Below, one piece after another: positions 27,318 through 36,502 of a stretch of 64,000 nt of DNA. The notes beneath the pieces were generated by a model. That model was not told where the DNA came from. It saw only the letters and a list, made by a program, of their open reading frames with translations, and made no database searches. The stretch lies in assembly GCA_965262715.1 (NCBI GenBank), contig OZ253553.1, positions 1,065,169-1,129,168 on the forward strand. Reading direction: 5' to 3'. Both the position numbers and the translations under genes were made by a program. The DNA comes from Bdellovibrionales bacterium (lineage in GTDB: Bacteria; Bdellovibrionota; Bdellovibrionia; Bdellovibrionales; JAUICD01). Numbering within the stretch: position 1 is the stretch's first letter; each line of letters starts with the position of its first letter.

Positions 27318-28055
27318 TTAGAAAATTTTTAATTGGGCTTTCAATTTAAAAATATATTTGAAAGTTCTTTTGATCAATTGGATACGGCCTTTCCAACTCC
27401 CACCACCACCCTTAGCCTCTCCATATAAACGTTTTCTAAACTCAACAGGTAAAGTCTTGACATTATACCCATTGGCTTTGGCTTGATACATAGCATAAAG
27501 ATCAAGAGAAAAATCTGAAGGATAATTTTTTTTCAAATACTTATTATAAAACTCTCTAGAAAATAACTTAGGTTGTGCGTTGATATCTGTTAAGCATTTC
27601 TTTAACACAAACCAAACTACAACCTGCATACCAAAAGTAAAAAAAGATTCTATAAATTGACGATTCTTTCGCTTTCCTTTGATAAAAGTATGATCCTCCT
27701 CTGTATTTAAGTACAAATCAAAAGCCTTTATCACATCATAAGGATCGGTTTGTAAATCAGCATGAGTCCAAGACAACACATCTCCACTAGCCTGACTTAA
27801 AGCATGTATAATATCATGACCATATCCACCACGAGTTTCTGTTAAAATAAGCTTGAACTTTTGAGGATCAAGATGTTCAAATATCCTTTTTAACTCCTCT
27901 GGAGTCTCATCAGTAGAACATCCATCCACTACAAGAACTTCTATATTAGATTTGTCTTTCAAAAGATCATCAAGTTTTGTTAATACTCTTGTTATGTTTT
28001 GAGCTTCATTAAAACAAGGGACCACAATAGATAGTTTTTTAGAGGCTGTCATCAA
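27318..28055 (-). CDS. family 2 glycosyltransferase (Dpm1/polyprenol-phosphate sugar transferase-like)
   Basis: 245-aa ORF; LSIVVPCFNEAQNI, VVDGCSTDETPE, WTHADLQTDP. Confidence 0.8.
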   Translation of the reverse strand: MMTASKKLSIVVPCFNEAQNITRVLTKLDDLLKDKSNIEVLVVDGCSTDETPEELKRIFEHLDPQKFKLILTETRGGYGHDIIHALSQASGDVLSWTHADLQTDPYDVIKAFDLYLNTEEDHTFIKGKRKNRQFIESFFTFGMQVVVWFVLKKCLTDINAQPKLFSREFYNKYLKKNYPSDFSLDLYAMYQAKANGYNVKTLPVEFRKRLYGEAKGGGGSWKGRIQLIKRTFKYIFKLKAQLKIF

Positions 28056-28852
28056 ATAAGCCCATCCTTTTCAGCAAACTCTCTCCAATATGCTATAGTC
28101 CTTTCATAGTTTTCATAATCTTGTGGAGTTCCCCATCCAATATACCTTACATCAAAATATTGAACGTTTAATCCAATATCAATAACATACTGAATAACCT
28201 TATCTACGTAATATTTATCATCTATTGTGTCTTTTCTTTTTATCATGTCTTCTAAGTGTTCTAAAAATATATTTGCATGCTTAAACCAAAACATCCCTGT
28301 AGTGGCATGATCTTTCATGTAATCAGAACTAATAGTTTGTTTAACAGAGATTCCCGATAACTCTTTATGACTTTTATCTTTTAGTTTAAGCCAACTATGT
28401 GCAGAAGGATTGTGTGCTATGTTGTCATCGTTTCTATGACTTATCACTAAAGCATCTGCCCCTATACAAGCTTCTTCAAATACTTTTTTATCATAAGATA
28501 TGCCATTATCACAAGTTCCTATAAAAAGCTCTTCATCACTTTGCAAAAACTCACGAGCTAAAAAACAACCAAAGGCTTGATCCAATCTCATATTATCATG
28601 AATGAAAATTGTGTTTGGAAAAGTATCAAGTATTGCCTTTTCTGTTCCATTTTCCTTATGCAAAGGCAAGTCTACACAAATGATTTTATTTTTAGGGTTA
28701 TGAATCCCAGGAATGTCCTTCATTGCACAAAGTATCATCGGCAACTTTTTTCCACTATATCTGTCTGTTGTTGGGATACAAGCTTTATTTGTAGTGTATC
28801 CTGCATCTGCAAAACGAGATCCCTTACCTCCCATAGGTATCAATATAATCAT
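28052..28852 (-). CDS. sugar nucleotidyltransferase-like (GT-A fold) protein
   Basis: 266-aa ORF; N-terminal IILIPMGGKGSRFADAGY motif; 4-bp overlaps with both neighbours. Confidence 0.65.
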   Translation of the reverse strand: MIILIPMGGKGSRFADAGYTTNKACIPTTDRYSGKKLPMILCAMKDIPGIHNPKNKIICVDLPLHKENGTEKAILDTFPNTIFIHDNMRLDQAFGCFLAREFLQSDEELFIGTCDNGISYDKKVFEEACIGADALVISHRNDDNIAHNPSAHSWLKLKDKSHKELSGISVKQTISSDYMKDHATTGMFWFKHANIFLEHLEDMIKRKDTIDDKYYVDKVIQYVIDIGLNVQYFDVRYIGWGTPQDYENYERTIAYWREFAEKDGLI

Positions 28853-29655
28853 TTATCAAACCCTTTTACTGTATCAATCCAAAATAAATAATCTTGCAGA
28901 TCTTTTGGAGTTCCCCATTGGCAAAAATGAGAAATATCTGAAGAACACCAAACTTTTAAACCATCTTTCACAAGGTAATTATATGGTAAGCTAGCATAGT
29001 ATTCTCCATTGATAGAATCATTAAGAGAAATCATTTTTTGATAATACTTTTTCATAAGACTGCCAGTTTTAAAATAATATGTACCAGAAGAATGCCTTGT
29101 CTTTGTTTTATCTTTCTCCCATGAAAACTTCTCTCGTATTTCAATAAGGTTTTCCTCTACATCTATTCTGCAACTAGCATATAAGTTTTTTGGAGAAAGC
29201 AAATGAGGGTGAAAACCTGTATAACATAAAATAGCACCCTCACAATTTCTTTTTTTAACTTCATCCTTAAAAGCAGGGTAATCCCAATGCATGTAATAAT
29301 CACAATAACTCACAATTACAGACGATTGATCATCTATAAGATTTGAAGCCTGTAAAATATCATTAACAGGTCCCTTTTTTTGCCAATTTTTTATACAGAA
29401 AATCTTAGCTTCTGGTGCTATGCCTTTTAAGGTTGTCTCTACATAATTAAGAGTATCTAAATGTTTTTGTTGGCAGATAAATATAATCTGCTTTTTATCC
29501 CCTGGAAACATATTGACAACCCATTCTATAATAGGTTTATCATGCACCTTAATAAAAGGTTTTAGACAACTATAACCAGCAGCCTTAAAACGATATCCAT
29601 GTCCTGTCATTGGGATAATTATCTGCATTCTTATTGCTCTCTCTATTGATTTCAA
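28849..29655 (-). CDS. sugar nucleotidyltransferase-like (GT-A fold) protein, paralogue of 28052..28852
   Basis: 268-aa ORF; IIIPMTGHGYRFKAAGY...KPFIKVHDKPIIEW. Confidence 0.65.
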   Translation of the reverse strand: MKSIERAIRMQIIIPMTGHGYRFKAAGYSCLKPFIKVHDKPIIEWVVNMFPGDKKQIIFICQQKHLDTLNYVETTLKGIAPEAKIFCIKNWQKKGPVNDILQASNLIDDQSSVIVSYCDYYMHWDYPAFKDEVKKRNCEGAILCYTGFHPHLLSPKNLYASCRIDVEENLIEIREKFSWEKDKTKTRHSSGTYYFKTGSLMKKYYQKMISLNDSINGEYYASLPYNYLVKDGLKVWCSSDISHFCQWGTPKDLQDYLFWIDTVKGFDK

Positions 29656-29745
29656 TGTGTTAATATAATCTTTAAAGGTTTAGATTTATATAATGAACTC
29701 TCTTAATTCTTATAAATCTAAATTCTGATTTCAATAAAAATCTTC

Positions 29746-30711
29746 TTAACTGTTCAAGATATAGGAACAAAAGGTACCTTCCCTTTCAAAATATAGTGAG
29801 TTTCCACTTAGAATTGAAGTTTTTCTAGGATGACTTCTAAGTAATTTAATCATTCTAAAATACATCTCTGAATTTAAACTTGATACTTCTGCACCATGAT
29901 TTAATAGTATCCGAACAATACTTGCAGATTCTCTTACAATAGCCCAATAGAGTGAAGCATGCCCATAATCAGTCGTCGCATATATATCAGCTTTATTTTC
30001 TAAAAGTATGCAAACGGTATTTTCATTCCCACTACTAACAGCAAAATGGAGAGGAGTAATTCTAAAATTATTAATCTCATTTACAACTTCGTTTTCTAAA
30101 AATATGCGAAGTACATCCTTATCGTTACCAAAAGCAGCCCAAATATTCGTAGATCCTCTCATAATACTCCAATAGAGTGAAGCATACCCATAACCAGTCG
30201 TCGCATCTACATCAGCACCATTTTCTAAAAATATACGAGCTGCACCTTCATTCCCGCTGCTTGCAGCAAGATGAAGAGGAGTAACTCCAAAATCATTAAC
30301 CACATCCACATCAGCACCATTTTCTAAGAGGATACGGGCCATACTTTCATTTGGATTCATGGCAGTGAAATGGAGTGGAGTAAATCCAGAAGTATTAACT
30401 GGATTCATATTAGCCCCATTTTCTAAAAGTATGCGAGCTAAACCTTCACCCCAATTCATAGCAGTCAACTCAAGAGGAGTAAATCCAAAAGAATTAACCG
30501 CATTCACATTAGCTCCATCTTCTATAGAATCACGAGCTAGATATTTATTTCCAACACTAACAGCTAAAAAGAGAGAGCGATCTGATGGAGTTAGAGAATC
30601 CTGATCCTGAGCTTTGGCTTGAGCCTGAACTGGAATAGTTAATAACCAGGCTAGAAGCAAAGAAGCTATATTCTTTTGTATTTGCTTCATAAAAACATTC
30701 CTTCTAAACAC
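29746..30711 (-). CDS. secreted ankyrin-repeat protein (about 7 repeats)
   Basis: Signal-like LLLAWLLTIPVQAQA; repeated G.TPLH.A...GNE..ARI.LENGADV units. Confidence 0.85.
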   Translation of the reverse strand: MFRRNVFMKQIQKNIASLLLAWLLTIPVQAQAKAQDQDSLTPSDRSLFLAVSVGNKYLARDSIEDGANVNAVNSFGFTPLELTAMNWGEGLARILLENGANMNPVNTSGFTPLHFTAMNPNESMARILLENGADVDVVNDFGVTPLHLAASSGNEGAARIFLENGADVDATTGYGYASLYWSIMRGSTNIWAAFGNDKDVLRIFLENEVVNEINNFRITPLHFAVSSGNENTVCILLENKADIYATTDYGHASLYWAIVRESASIVRILLNHGAEVSSLNSEMYFRMIKLLRSHPRKTSILSGNSLYFEREGTFCSYILNS

Positions 30712-30835
30712 CTATTTAGCATTTTACAAATACTTGACAAATAACACAACAATATCTAAACCTATGAATGGGATGAATCTTTACCTATAACCACCTGTTT
30801 TTAAAAGCTTATGGGATAGAGGATTTTTGTAAAGA

Positions 30836-31327
30836 ATGGAGAAGGCACTTATTATGAACCTATACCACAGATCAATTACATTTTTTAATATTCTACTAGT
30901 TCTTATACTCACCACAACAAATGTTTCTGCACAAATGAATTCAGATCAGACACCTTGTCCAAGCACACTACTGGATGCAGTTTTAAGAGGAGATTATTAT
31001 GTAGCAGAACTTCTCCTCCTAAACTATGGTGCAGATCCAGATGCCTCTCTTGAAAATTGTCAGGATTTTGAAGAGCTTAATGAATTTCCTGCAAATTCAT
31101 CACTACTTCATATAACAGCCAGACTTTCCAACCATCCCGACTCTTATACTCCCTCTGGGTTTTTTATGATAGATTGGCGTAGAACGATGTACCATCTACT
31201 CGTGTCAAATGGTGCAGATGAAAATGCAGTGGATGCAAGTGAAAAAACACCACAACGCATATTTAATCTAGAAAGACAAAAGCTATATATGAGTTATTCC
31301 ATACCAGAAGGCTATCCCACACATTAA
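30836..31327 (+). CDS. secreted ankyrin-like protein
   Basis: 163-aa ORF; signal-like ILLVLILTTTNVSAQ; degenerate ANK units (LLDAVLRGDYYVAELLLLNYGADPD, LLVSNGADENAVD). Confidence 0.6.
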   Translation: MEKALIMNLYHRSITFFNILLVLILTTTNVSAQMNSDQTPCPSTLLDAVLRGDYYVAELLLLNYGADPDASLENCQDFEELNEFPANSSLLHITARLSNHPDSYTPSGFFMIDWRRTMYHLLVSNGADENAVDASEKTPQRIFNLERQKLYMSYSIPEGYPTH

Positions 31328-31390
31328 GTTTACCTTTATAATTTTGGCTCATGGCACCTTAAATAGTTAATTTTATCAATTAAGGTTTTA

Positions 31391-31468
31391 CCAATTAAGC
31401 CTTCTTTTTATTCCAGGATTCTGGCAATCAAGGGCAATACGGAAACGGTATCTGGCAGCTGATCTCTG
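31391..31468 (-). repeat. GC-rich dispersed intergenic repeat, copy C
   Basis: TTAAGCCTTCTTTTTATTCCAGGATTCTGGCAATCAAGGGCAATACGGAAACGGTATCTGGCAG; shares TTAAGCCTTCTTTTT..CC.GGAT..TGGCAATC with copy A. Confidence 0.5.
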
Positions 31469-31533
31469 TTTTAAATATTTATGAGCCTTTAATTTTACTG
31501 ACTTCTGAGATATCAGATAGGAAATATCCAAAA

Positions 31534-32286
31534 CTAACTCATCAATAGGCCACCATTGACATTTAAAGTATGTCCTGTAATGTAATCAGCTGACCTACTT
31601 AATAAAAAACATATAGGTTCTGCCACTTGTTGAGGTTCTGCTATTTTCTTCATAGGAATTAAAGACAAAAGATCTTCTTGATTGCTTAAGTCTTTTGTCA
31701 TTTCTGTGTTGATAAACCCTGGAGCTACACAGTTAGAGCGAATACCTCTTGGTGCTAATTCTCTAGCTAGAGACTTTGAAAATGCCTCTATCCCTGCCTT
31801 ACTTGCAGCATAGTTGGCTTGTCCTAACTGGCCTATTTGCCCACTCACACTTGTAATGTGTACAAAAGCTCCTTTTCTGGCTTTAAGCATTGTTTTTAAA
31901 AAACATTTAGAGACAAGATAAGAGCCATACAAGTTTATCCTTATTGGAAGATGAAATTCTTCGAAGTTCATCCTTAAAAGGATTTGATCTTGAGTCATCC
32001 CAGCATTGTTCACAACTCCATCAATCTCATGATTAAAACCTTCTAAAACCTTCTTGCAAGCTTTTGTAATAGAATCTTGATCAGTTAAATCCATTTGGAC
32101 AGCAAAAGATCTTGCCTTAGAAGAAGAGAGAGAATTTAGTTCTTCAAGTAAAGCATCTGCCTTTTGTTTGCCTTTATTATATGAAAAGGCAACTTGTGCT
32201 CCTTGAAGTATGGCCTGTCTAACTGTTGCAGCACCAATCCCTCCGCTCCCACCTGTGACGAAAATTTTATGACCTAATAGATCCAT
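31534..32286 (-). CDS. fabG: 3-oxoacyl-[ACP] reductase
   Basis: 250-aa SDR; TGGSGGIG, NNAG, YAASKAG catalytic tetrad context; directly downstream of fabD. Confidence 0.9.
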   Translation of the reverse strand: MDLLGHKIFVTGGSGGIGAATVRQAILQGAQVAFSYNKGKQKADALLEELNSLSSSKARSFAVQMDLTDQDSITKACKKVLEGFNHEIDGVVNNAGMTQDQILLRMNFEEFHLPIRINLYGSYLVSKCFLKTMLKARKGAFVHITSVSGQIGQLGQANYAASKAGIEAFSKSLARELAPRGIRSNCVAPGFINTEMTKDLSNQEDLLSLIPMKKIAEPQQVAEPICFLLSRSADYITGHTLNVNGGLLMS

Positions 32287-32312
32287 TTGATTCCTTTAAT
32301 TTATCAAAAGAC

Positions 32313-33275
32313 TTAATTTATGGTATCTGAAATTTTATCAAAATCTTTTGGAGATTCGATACGAAAGGATTTAGCATTCCGATCAATCTGTCTTAAAAGG
32401 CCAGAAAGAACTTTTCCAGAACCTACTTCAATAAAATTTTGAAATCCTAAACTTCTTAAGTGCTTGATGGTCTGTACCCATTTAACAGGGGCTGTGATTT
32501 GTTCTTTGAGTGCCTGTTTTAAAATAGCCACCTCTGAAGTTTTTTGAGCAGAGGTGTTAGGAACTACATCACATTGAGGTAAGGAAAAATCCATTTGGTC
32601 AATAATAGGTGCCATTTTCTCCTGTGCTGGTAACATCAATGAACAGTGAAAAGGAGCAGAAACCTTAAGAGGTATAAAGTAAGGAGACTTTTTAAAACCA
32701 AGTTCTTCCGGGACAGAAGTTGTTTGTAAAAAAGAAATTGCCTCTTGATGACCACTCAATACCGTTTGTGAAGACGTATTGTAAGCAGCTGGTTCTAAAA
32801 CAATACTTTTTGAAAGCTCTTTATGACACCAACTAAGTAAAGATGAGATTTCTTTTTCTGATAAACCTATACAAGCAACCATGCCTCCTTTACCTGGCCT
32901 GACAGCCTCTTGCATAAAACGCCCTCTTTGTTTTACAGCTTTAACTGCTGTCAAAAAATCGAAAGTGCCAGCAGAAACATGAGCTGAGTATTCACCTACA
33001 GAATGTCCTGCAACGACAGTTTGTGAATGAGAAATAGGAATAATGTCTTTGAGAACTTGAAAAAAAGCAATAGAAGTTGTTAAAAGGGCTGGCTGTGTGT
33101 ACTCTGTCAAGTGAAGTCTGTCTTCTATACCTTTAAAACAAAGCTTTTCCATATCATAAGATAAACTGTCAGAGGCTTGTTGAAAAACTTCTTTAGCTTC
33201 AGGAAATGCCTGAGCAATTTCATGACCCATCCCCACAAATTGACTACCTTGACCTGGAAAAAGAAAAGCCCACAT
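32313..33275 (-). CDS. fabD: malonyl CoA-ACP transacylase
   Basis: 320-aa ORF; FPGQGSQ, active-site GHSVGEY, LKVSAPFHCSLM. Confidence 0.92.
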   Translation of the reverse strand: MWAFLFPGQGSQFVGMGHEIAQAFPEAKEVFQQASDSLSYDMEKLCFKGIEDRLHLTEYTQPALLTTSIAFFQVLKDIIPISHSQTVVAGHSVGEYSAHVSAGTFDFLTAVKAVKQRGRFMQEAVRPGKGGMVACIGLSEKEISSLLSWCHKELSKSIVLEPAAYNTSSQTVLSGHQEAISFLQTTSVPEELGFKKSPYFIPLKVSAPFHCSLMLPAQEKMAPIIDQMDFSLPQCDVVPNTSAQKTSEVAILKQALKEQITAPVKWVQTIKHLRSLGFQNFIEVGSGKVLSGLLRQIDRNAKSFRIESPKDFDKISDTIN

Positions 33276-33516
33276 AAAACTTACCTCACTAATCTATATC
33301 TATACCCTTAGTTTATTTGAGGCACTTTACACCTTATTCTAAGATTTGTCATTATAAACTTATAAAATAGCCTATTTTAAACCCTTTTCACTTAAAAATA
33401 TTTTTTTACTATGAATGTATAAAATCAGGCTTTTGTGTTTGAACCATAAGATAAAATCCAAGTTTTAAAACTTTAAACCCGCTGAAAATCCTTCTATTCG
33501 AGTCTCAACTTGGTAT

Positions 33517-34515
33517 GTGTTTTGCTTATACTTTACTTATAAACCATTTAAGGAGGGTATAAGCAATATGAGGTCCGGTGACAATGATAAAAAACAACTT
33601 TCAAACATTAATGAATTTTTAAAAAAATCTAATTTTTTAAAGTTGACAAATGACGCAGCTTTTAAAGCTTATTTTAAATCAAACAAAAACCTTTTAATAT
33701 CTCTTTTAACGAGTTTTTTACCTCTTCCAAAAAATTCAACAATTGTAGAAGTACAGTTACTTGATTCAGAACTCTCATCACTAAATATCTCATTAGATGA
33801 GAAAAAATCTGATAAGACATTTGTTCTTGATTTATTAGTAAGATTTAAAAGAAAAAGCTTATCAAGTAGTCAAACAGAAACAGTCAATGTAGAGATGCAG
33901 ACCACATCAGAGTCTTATTTTACAGATAGAGTTTTAGCTTACTCCTGTAGAATCTATTCTCAACAATTAAAAAAAGGTAGTGGTTATAATAAATTATTTC
34001 CTGTATATCTATTAGCTTTTACTACTAAAAATCTAAAAGAATTTAAAGGTATTAAAGACTACCATCATATTTGCAATATTCGTCGTACAAAGTCCCCAGA
34101 AGCTCTAATGTCAAGTGGTTTATGCTTTGTTATTATAGAGTTAGGGAAATTTGATAAAAATGTAAAACAATTGTATAATACAAAGGAGTTGTGGTGTTAT
34201 CTTTTAAAAAACTCCCATAAGATGGATTTTTTAGAGTATAAGAGCTTTAAAGAGAAAGGAGGCCAAATGGCAGAAGCAGTGAAGAGCCTTTGGAACTTAT
34301 CTAAAGAAGAAGCTGAAAAAGAATATCTCTATGCCCTTGAAAAGATGGAAAGGGATAGAATTAATGCAGAAAACTCAGCTTATGAGAAAGGTCGACAGGA
34401 GGTGATACTAAAATTACTCAAAGCTGATATGAGCATAGAGAAAGTCTCTGAAATCACCGGTCTTTCAAAACAAGAAATCCGTAAACTTCAAGAAGAACAT
34501 AAGAGTAACAACTGA
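33517..34515 (+). CDS. Rpn-family recombination-promoting nuclease / PD-(D/E)XK putative transposase
   Basis: 332-aa ORF; NDAAFKAYF, FVLDLLV, VNVEMQ (PD-(D/E)XK core), plus the typical C-terminal helical tail; probable start at MRSGD (33568). Confidence 0.75.
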   Translation: MFCLYFTYKPFKEGISNMRSGDNDKKQLSNINEFLKKSNFLKLTNDAAFKAYFKSNKNLLISLLTSFLPLPKNSTIVEVQLLDSELSSLNISLDEKKSDKTFVLDLLVRFKRKSLSSSQTETVNVEMQTTSESYFTDRVLAYSCRIYSQQLKKGSGYNKLFPVYLLAFTTKNLKEFKGIKDYHHICNIRRTKSPEALMSSGLCFVIIELGKFDKNVKQLYNTKELWCYLLKNSHKMDFLEYKSFKEKGGQMAEAVKSLWNLSKEEAEKEYLYALEKMERDRINAENSAYEKGRQEVILKLLKADMSIEKVSEITGLSKQEIRKLQEEHKSNN

Positions 34516-34558
34516 ACTTATGATAAAGAGATATTAAAGATATAATTTACTTTTAACT

Positions 34559-34655
34559 TTTTCTGGGAACCCAGGATCCCGGCAATCCGGTATACAGTTC
34601 CCAGAAACTTCTTTGCCGGAATGCCAGATTGCCGGCCTGCCTATATCCCGGAAAA
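34559..34655 (+). repeat. GC-rich dispersed intergenic repeat, copy D (longest)
   Basis: TTTCTGGGAACCCAGGATCCCGGCAATCCGGTATACAGTTCCCAGAAACTTCTTTGCCGGAATGCCAGATTGCCGGCCTGCCTATATCCCGGAAAA; shares a roughly 25-nt block with one mismatch, TCCCA(G/A)AAACTTCTTTGCCGGAAT, with copy E. Confidence 0.55.
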
Positions 34656-34675
34656 TAAATATATTCTACTGAAAA

Positions 34676-35620
34676 TTAATGAGCTAAAACACGGAAGGTT
34701 TGATAAAATACACCGCTTTTAGTCTTTTTATTTATATCCCTCATATCAGCGTTACAAGTGGTATTTTTAGGACAAACATAATAAGTAAAAAGACGTTTTG
34801 GAATACCAGCTTTAGTCTCACATATCTCACAAAACATTTTTTCTTCACCAGGAAGAGATGATGTTTCATAATTTTTACAATCAATAGCTGGTATTTTCGT
34901 TCTCATTTTTTCACAATTAATCACAGAAAGTCTGTAAACACTACAACACTTTGTAAGTGCATTATTTACCGAGTGTGATGATGGATATATATTTTTTGTA
35001 GCGTCTCGACACGCATTTGTGCACTTGGCATGTTTCTTATAATAAGTAGTTGAGCAATCCTTAGGAGGAAGAGGAGGAGGAGGAGGAGGGTCAGAAAGAG
35101 AGCATGCGTCAAATAAATTAGCCTTTATGCCATCAGCTTGCGTGCTATCCTTATTTGGAATAGGAGGAGTTATTGAAGGCACAGTGGTAAAGGAGGTTGA
35201 AGTGGATACATCTTCAAGCTTCACTAAACAGTACTCTCTTCCACCAGATGATGTGATACAAATATTATTCTGAAGATTATTACAGCCTAGTAGTGCTGTA
35301 CCTTCAAACTTAAATGTTATACTGCCAAAAGGACAGCAAATAATCCCCGCCCCCGGAGTACAATTAATTCGGCCTTTATTATAGGCACCTGCAATAATGG
35401 TGGCAAAATTTTCTATATCTGTTTGCATTATATAGGCTTCTTTAATCCCACTTTGAAACCGAGCATGATTGACTGTATAAATATGGACAGAACTTAAAAT
35501 GGTAAATATCGCAACAGACATAATTACGGCTAGCATCATACCCATAAAACCATCTTCTCTATCCAAATTGTAAAGAAGTTTTATCGATCTATTTTTCACT
35601 TTCTTAAATAGCCATTTCAT
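34676..35620 (-). CDS. cysteine-rich, membrane-anchored or secreted protein with poly-Pro linker (PilX/TadG-like N-terminal anchor, tentative)
   Basis: 314-aa ORF; hydrophobic N-terminal helix MGMMLAVIMSVAIFTILSS; about 20 Cys; PPPPPPLPP tract. Confidence 0.6.
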   Translation of the reverse strand: MKWLFKKVKNRSIKLLYNLDREDGFMGMMLAVIMSVAIFTILSSVHIYTVNHARFQSGIKEAYIMQTDIENFATIIAGAYNKGRINCTPGAGIICCPFGSITFKFEGTALLGCNNLQNNICITSSGGREYCLVKLEDVSTSTSFTTVPSITPPIPNKDSTQADGIKANLFDACSLSDPPPPPPLPPKDCSTTYYKKHAKCTNACRDATKNIYPSSHSVNNALTKCCSVYRLSVINCEKMRTKIPAIDCKNYETSSLPGEEKMFCEICETKAGIPKRLFTYYVCPKNTTCNADMRDINKKTKSGVFYQTFRVLAH

Positions 35621-36003
35621 AAAAGTCCCCTACATATAAAGTATAACACTTTATTGGCTTTATGTCTTTCCAAGGCCCTTGTTTTTTGACAATCTAATAA
35701 CCCAGTTCTCCAATTATCTAGTAACCGGGAAACATCTCTCAGAAACAACTGTTAAATCCCACAACGACAATTTGCTCTTTTAATTTTTAGCTGGCAAAAA
35801 CAAAATACAAACCTTATTTTTAAGGTGAATTCTAATAATAAAAATGTTTCATTTTAGATACACTTAAAGTATAGTTTTTCTCATTACAAAAGACTCAACT
35901 CAAGTACTATAAACCCTTATTTTTGAGATATCTTTCAAATATCTGCTAAAAATTGGCTCAAAAATAAATTTTTAAAATAAATATTGTTTAATGACATAAA
36001 ATT

Positions 36004-36216
36004 CTACTTCTTATTATTATCTTGAGATTTGATTAGGAATAAAATGTGCAATAACCAAACAGTAAACCCAGCCAAAGTACCAATAGCAGCTCCTAAATTT
36101 TCATTTCCTAAACTCTCACCAATAACCTTACCTAAAAACAAACCGGCCACTACTATACCTGTGACCTCAAAACCAAGACCAAGGTATTTTATAAACTTTG
36201 GAGATAAACGAGACAT
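36004..36216 (-). CDS. small two-helix membrane protein, AtpZ/AtpI-like (tentative)
   Basis: Frame of ORF 36004..36255; likely start MSRLSPKFIKYLGLGFEVTGIVVAGLFLGKVIG..AAIGTLAGFTVWLLHI. Confidence 0.5.
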   Translation of the reverse strand: MSRLSPKFIKYLGLGFEVTGIVVAGLFLGKVIGESLGNENLGAAIGTLAGFTVWLLHILFLIKSQDNNKK

Positions 36217-36502
36217 ATGACTACTCTTTATTTTATTTATCTGAAACCTAAGCATTCTACGACTCGAGGTAATCTAGAATCTATCAAACACTACATGACC
36301 ACTTCTGCTTATCTACTAAATTCCTTTAAGAGTCCAATTCAGATAAATAAGAATCAATTCATATTTACTATACCATAAAATATTTCTGTTAGTATAAACC
36401 CATTTTTTTAAAGATCAAATCTATAAAAATAAGATTTAATTTATATGATTTGTATTGTAAATATGTATAAACTATACTTAATAAAGTGATTTTAGGATAA
36501 AA

